DNA from: an uncultured Bdellovibrio sp. | Lineage (GTDB): Bacteria > Bdellovibrionota > Bdellovibrionia > Bdellovibrionales > Bdellovibrionaceae | NCBI GenBank assembly: GCA_963932905.1 | Contig: CAWVRN010000021.1 | Location: forward strand, 11,799-75,798 | Direction of reading: 5' to 3' | Length of the DNA: 64,000 bases | Shown: positions 59,653 to 64,000 of the stretch, piece by piece | How positions within the stretch are numbered: position 1 is the stretch's first letter | Layout: every line of letters starts with the position of its first letter | Notes under the pieces: model-generated | Seen by the model: the letters and a program-made list of their open reading frames with translations, nothing else | Databases searched by the model: none | Told to the model about the DNA's origin: nothing | Position numbers and translations under genes: made by a program

Positions 59653-60446
59653 GTGGCCTTCTTTTTAAATAGAGTTTTTTTCAGGAAATATTGAAGCGGC
59701 ATTAACAATGTCATTTCCGCTATGCATGCCAGTTCATCACCACGATCCCAGTGAGGATTCATTTTAGCAAAGAACTGAATTTTTTTGTTTTTGAATAGTT
59801 CATCCGATATTTCTGCTACTTTTTCTTTTAGGCAGCAGGCTGTGTCGTCGAATTCAATAGTGCCTTGGTTAGCTTTGTAGCTTTTTGAAAATCGGTGGCC
59901 ATAAAACGCGTCCATCAAGCTTCGATATCGAGTTGGAGTTGATTTTTCGACTCTAGGGTAGTGAGTTTTAAAATTATTCGCCATCAACAAGTACGTTTTG
60001 TAACCTTTAGAAATTAAGAACCAGTAAACAGGGCGAGTTGGGCTTTTGACTTTTTCAGACCAAAGATATTTTAAAAAAGCCACGCCCAGTGCTTTGTTGC
60101 CCCAGTATTCTTTTTCTAAAACGGTGTCGCCGCTGTAAATTCCGATAGCGTTATGTCCTAATTGTCTTAAATCGATTTTTAGTAGCGTAGAAAATCCTTG
60201 GATTGTTTTTTGATGTGTATCTCTTAAAAGAATAACTTGGTCTTTTTCAAATAAATCAGAAACAAACTGTTCTCTATTGTGATTGATATAGTATTTAGAA
60301 AAAATCGAATACATGCGTTCTATTTCAACGGTGCTTAAAGTCGGAACTGACTTCATTTCTGCGAAAACAGATGGGCGTTCGCCACGAACCGTTTTTGTAT
60401 CAATAGTTTTAGGCTGTGTTTGAATCGAACGCGTTTCAGTGATCAT
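59649..60446 (-). CDS. Hypothetical protein, probable GNAT-like fold (GH3-associated type)
   Basis: QGFST, YSGDTVL..EYWG, YWFLISKGYKTY, GDEL.C; ATGA overlaps on both sides. Confidence 0.6.
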   Translation of the reverse strand: MITETRSIQTQPKTIDTKTVRGERPSVFAEMKSVPTLSTVEIERMYSIFSKYYINHNREQFVSDLFEKDQVILLRDTHQKTIQGFSTLLKIDLRQLGHNAIGIYSGDTVLEKEYWGNKALGVAFLKYLWSEKVKSPTRPVYWFLISKGYKTYLLMANNFKTHYPRVEKSTPTRYRSLMDAFYGHRFSKSYKANQGTIEFDDTACCLKEKVAEISDELFKNKKIQFFAKMNPHWDRGDELACIAEMTLLMPLQYFLKKTLFKKKAT

Positions 60447-61504
60447 TGGCTTTTCCCCCACTGGCTGGTTGGAATTTTGTTTACATATTGGATGTATTGA
60501 CCGACAGGACGGTCGATAGGTAGTAATTTATTAGGAGCAAAGCGCATATTTTCATACACTTCACCGTCTTCGCCTTGAAGGGATTTAAAACCCATACGAG
60601 TAATAGCGATCAAAATTTTTGATGTTATTTTTCCCATCCATCCCGAACGTTTTCTGGTCAAGAAAATCGGTTGAACCGAAGACTGACCGCCCGCTAGAGG
60701 GCGGTACGCAAAGATCATGTATAGGCTTGGAATTTTATTTTTGCCACCAAACCAGTGGCTATCTTTCACTAAAGTCAGAAATCCAGTTGAGGCATGATCG
60801 TACAACATCGAATAGGAGTAAAACGGACCGATGAAAAACTGGGTCATTCGTGCGATCCAATTCGCATTTCCAATGGCTCCGGCTAGGGAAATTTGCATTT
60901 GACGATCCGTTGCTCTGGCATCGACTTCCATTTCGATATCAATATTATGGACTGTTTTTAAATGCTGAGGATCGATACCGTTGATCATCGTAACATGATG
61001 GTGGCAGCGACGTTGATACGAAGTCCCGAAGGAAACTTCAAGGTCCTGTCCCACTAGTTCTGGAAAACACGTCAGCGGTGTGGGAGACGTCGATTTAGGA
61101 AATACCCAGATGCTTTCAAAATGTTCGGCAACGGCGTACGATTTTGTTTTTACCGATTTGCAAAAAGACGGATCAGCCGGAATGTCTTTACACTGGCCTT
61201 CAGAATCATATTTCCAGTGGTGGAAAAAACATTGGATATTTTCTTTCTTTACCGTGCCTTTTCCTAAATGTGTTCCCATGTGAGGACAGTAGGCATCGAC
61301 GCAGCCTAATTTACCGGATTCAGTTCGCCAGATAACTAGATCTTGGTGACCGATGGAAAAGGAATGAACTTTCCCGGTTTTTAATTCTTTTGAGCGCATG
61401 ACAAAATACCATCCTTCGGCGACCACATCAGGATTGTTAAAGACAGTCATCCTTACTATCGGCTGTGAAAGCTGATTTTTTGTAAACTCTTTTTGGATTT
61501 CCAT
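60443..61504 (-). CDS. Rieske non-heme iron oxygenase 4
   Basis: CPH...CFFH; NGIDPQHLKTVH; C-terminal ED. Confidence 0.9.
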   Translation of the reverse strand: MEIQKEFTKNQLSQPIVRMTVFNNPDVVAEGWYFVMRSKELKTGKVHSFSIGHQDLVIWRTESGKLGCVDAYCPHMGTHLGKGTVKKENIQCFFHHWKYDSEGQCKDIPADPSFCKSVKTKSYAVAEHFESIWVFPKSTSPTPLTCFPELVGQDLEVSFGTSYQRRCHHHVTMINGIDPQHLKTVHNIDIEMEVDARATDRQMQISLAGAIGNANWIARMTQFFIGPFYSYSMLYDHASTGFLTLVKDSHWFGGKNKIPSLYMIFAYRPLAGGQSSVQPIFLTRKRSGWMGKITSKILIAITRMGFKSLQGEDGEVYENMRFAPNKLLPIDRPVGQYIQYVNKIPTSQWGKSQ

Positions 61505-61723
61505 TGGATTATTTTAAGCAATACGCCTTCCTTAAACCAATAACGAATTCGATTAAACGTCGTATTATCGCGTAGTTTTATGAAAAACTAGACCTCCTAG
61601 ACGTGTGCGAATTTTACCGAAATTTGTGAAATGAGTGTATTAGAAAAATAGATAATACAATTAAAATGATTAATTTTATTTATATCTAGTAAGTCGGTAT
61701 AAGTGCCGTGATAGGAGGCATCT

Positions 61724-63217
61724 GTGGTTGCTGATGTAGTTTCGAAATATCTTCATTTAATTCTAGTGTTAACTGTTCTGTATGCGATGGATGTTCTGGC
61801 TCAGCCCGGGTGTTTAGTTTCCACATCTAAAGGACAACGCGCTGTCGTTCAAAATGATTCGTTTTTCAAACTGCTTTCACTGGCTCCGAAATGCCCGCAA
61901 AATATTGACGAAGTGAACGGATTGCTAGCGCAGTTTCAAAACCGAAAATTTTTGGTCGCCAATCGAGGGCGAAATAATCCTAAGCAAGGAAGTTTCAGCT
62001 TTTTTGAATCCTTCAGTAGTAACGCAAGGACTGGTGAGGCCGGAATTTTCTTAGGACACTTTACGGGATTAAAAAATATCGCAGGAAAGTCGGTGATTGA
62101 TTTAGATCAATCACCAGATAAAGGGAAACTAGTGATAGAGCTCATCGCGTGGGATGAAAAAAAGGGCTACTACAATTTTTACGAGTTAATCGGACAAGGC
62201 ACCACGAACCAATGGTTTTATCGAGGTGATTCAAAAGACATTTTGCAAGATAACCAAGCCATCTATTTGAGTCAACCCGCGCAATTTGGTCAACGCCTAA
62301 GATGTTCAGGTTGCCATGTTTCTGGCGGTCCTATCATGAAAGAAATGGCATTCCCTCACAATGATTGGTGGATTAAATCAAGGCCTCTTGTGTTTGAAAA
62401 CCCTCAGTCCGAGCCATTTTTAAAACGGCTCAGAGTTGTCGATTCGGCAGAGAATTTCTCAACTCAAGTTCAAATGGGAATTCAAAAACTGGAAGCAAGT
62501 ACCCAATATCAGTCATTGAAAAAATCATTTAGTATTCCTGCGCAGCTAAGACCATTGTTCTGTGATTTAGAAATTAACATTCAATCAGATATCAATCCGT
62601 CTGATAGAGCTGGAAATATTCAAATCCCCATCGCTAGTATCGGTGGTCCTTTTACGGGGATGAATTCTATTGCTATCCCAAAGGCGGCATATCAGGGTCT
62701 AATGCAAAAGTACGGAATGCAGTTTCCAGAAACTCATCTTCAAGATGCTGATCATGCGTGGTTAACACCAGTCAAAGGGTATTCAGATTTGCTTGCTGTC
62801 GCGAGTTTAAAAGCGAGCGGTTTAGTGGATGATAAAACAATTTTAGATGTGTATTTCGCAGCTCAAATCGGTGTGTTGATGAATAAAGAGCGATGTCAGT
62901 TGTTGAAACTAGTACCGAATACTGGCAATTGGAAACCAGGATTCTTGCAAAATTTAAAATTGCAAACTTCGGCGGTTGCCAAGTCATTGTATCAACGAAT
63001 GACTAACCCTGAATTAAACCCTCAAGCATACCAAAAAGCTATTGGTGAGTGGTACATTCAAACGTCTAAAAAACTGCAATCGGGTGATGTGGAATCGGCC
63101 TTTGTTCAATTGCTTAAAAATCGAAACGCAGTGTTTGAGAGCGATATTTCAAAGAACCCAAAAGGCCAAATCCTGGAGCCTGGCTTTAGGGTCATCTTCC
63201 CAGTGAAAAGATTATAA
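61724..63217 (+). CDS. Secreted hypothetical protein with one CxxCH motif (possible c-type cytochrome)
   Basis: GGAGG SD, signal peptide, CSGCH. Confidence 0.7.
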   Translation: MVADVVSKYLHLILVLTVLYAMDVLAQPGCLVSTSKGQRAVVQNDSFFKLLSLAPKCPQNIDEVNGLLAQFQNRKFLVANRGRNNPKQGSFSFFESFSSNARTGEAGIFLGHFTGLKNIAGKSVIDLDQSPDKGKLVIELIAWDEKKGYYNFYELIGQGTTNQWFYRGDSKDILQDNQAIYLSQPAQFGQRLRCSGCHVSGGPIMKEMAFPHNDWWIKSRPLVFENPQSEPFLKRLRVVDSAENFSTQVQMGIQKLEASTQYQSLKKSFSIPAQLRPLFCDLEINIQSDINPSDRAGNIQIPIASIGGPFTGMNSIAIPKAAYQGLMQKYGMQFPETHLQDADHAWLTPVKGYSDLLAVASLKASGLVDDKTILDVYFAAQIGVLMNKERCQLLKLVPNTGNWKPGFLQNLKLQTSAVAKSLYQRMTNPELNPQAYQKAIGEWYIQTSKKLQSGDVESAFVQLLKNRNAVFESDISKNPKGQILEPGFRVIFPVKRL

Positions 63218-63270
63218 TTATTTAACTAACAGTTCGGGAAATAGAGCTCCGGTGGTAATTATAGAAGCTC

Positions 63271-63945
63271 ATGGATCAAGATACTCTATCAGCTCTTAAA
63301 GTTGAAATTTTGATTCCGCAACCTGATTATGCGGATGCCAAAGTCCATTCTAAGAAAATCGATGATCAATTGGGTCTAAGCTGCGATCAAATCGAAGATG
63401 TTTTGTTCGAAGAAAACAAAGATTCCTTGTTTTTATCTGATGCTAAAGAATTTTGGTATGGACTAGAAATTCAGTCATTACAAACGCCCTACTCTGAAGT
63501 CGTCGAAATGATTCAATACGTGAAACCTAAATGCGGCGACACATGGGTGGATCTGGGTGCTGGTTATGGACGTATGGGAATGACCCTTGGTTTTGTCCAG
63601 CCCGAGGTTAAGTTTATTGGTTACGAATTTGTGCAGTCGCGCGTGGATGAAGGCAATCGTATTTTGCAGGAATGGGATTTGAAAAATGCCGTTATGAAGC
63701 AGGCGGATATTGCGAGTGATGATTTTCAGTTGGATGTTGCGGACCTGTATTTCCTTTATGATTTTGGGTCGAAAGCGGACATCTACAAGGTGTTGGAAAA
63801 ATTGCGGGTGCTGGCGCAAGATCGATCGATTCAGGTTGTGGCGCGAGGGCGTGGTGTTCGTAGCTGGATTTTTATGGATTGTCCTTGGCTTAGCGAAATT
63901 AATTCTCCGGTACAATTTAAAAATTGGACATTCTTTAAGTCCTAA
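63271..63945 (+). CDS. Class I SAM-dependent methyltransferase
   Basis: QTPY, VDLGAGYGR, GYE, ADI, FLYD. Confidence 0.85.
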   Translation: MDQDTLSALKVEILIPQPDYADAKVHSKKIDDQLGLSCDQIEDVLFEENKDSLFLSDAKEFWYGLEIQSLQTPYSEVVEMIQYVKPKCGDTWVDLGAGYGRMGMTLGFVQPEVKFIGYEFVQSRVDEGNRILQEWDLKNAVMKQADIASDDFQLDVADLYFLYDFGSKADIYKVLEKLRVLAQDRSIQVVARGRGVRSWIFMDCPWLSEINSPVQFKNWTFFKS

Positions 63946-63946
63946 T

Positions 63947-63958
63947 CCCCCCCCCCCC
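63947..63958 (+). repeat. C12 homopolymer
   Basis: 12 consecutive C one base after the stop codon. Confidence 0.9.
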
Positions 63959-64000
63959 GTTTTTTGCAATTGCCTTGATCTCTTTTTCTTAAGCTTGGTT

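Noticed and set aside
45726..61504. Aromatic-degradation operon
   Set aside because: No dioxygenase beta subunit, reductase, ring-cleavage dioxygenase or hydrolase; GH3, acyltransferases and MMPL favour biosynthesis, though lipid or sterol modification is not excluded
18635..61606. CTAGACGTG motif in three intergenic regions (18636, 31617 reverse, 61597)
   Set aside because: A 9-11 nt repeat at this frequency is compatible with chance; no consistent position or orientation
63478..63969. 163-aa minus-strand ORF starting across the C12 tract
   Set aside because: Antisense to a clear methyltransferase; the poly-Gly start only reflects the homopolymer

Overview
AT-rich bacterial chromosomal window, about 60 CDS. 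I see no rRNA, tRNA, CRISPR array or IS element. Gene content (paralogous hybrid kinases, DUF4360, secreted hypotheticals) suggests a Bdellovibrionota-like organism; this is inference only. The left part carries signalling and stress genes and a complete kdpFABCDE operon. The operon is headed by an outer-membrane beta-barrel gene, includes a 27-aa kdpF missed by the ORF track, and has a KdpE-type box upstream. The middle part has housekeeping and accessory genes, five disrupted genes (four with clean internal deletions), an orphan terminase small subunit, an orphan Imm1-like gene paired with a secretin-less GspD N-domain gene, and an editing-domain-less thrS preceded by a putative Thr-Thr leader peptide. 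The main result is a ~16 kb orphan oxidative biosynthetic cluster at 45.7-61.5 kb. It encodes four Rieske oxygenases, a CylC/AurF-like dimetal-carboxylate enzyme (candidate halogenase), a second ferritin-like diiron protein, a fatty-acid hydroxylase/sterol desaturase, an Mpo1/DUF962-like protein, a 2Fe-2S ferredoxin, a GH3 acyl-adenylate ligase, three acyltransferase-like proteins, an SDR and an MMPL exporter. No PKS, NRPS or ACP is visible. All family calls come from motif recognition by eye; no database search was run.
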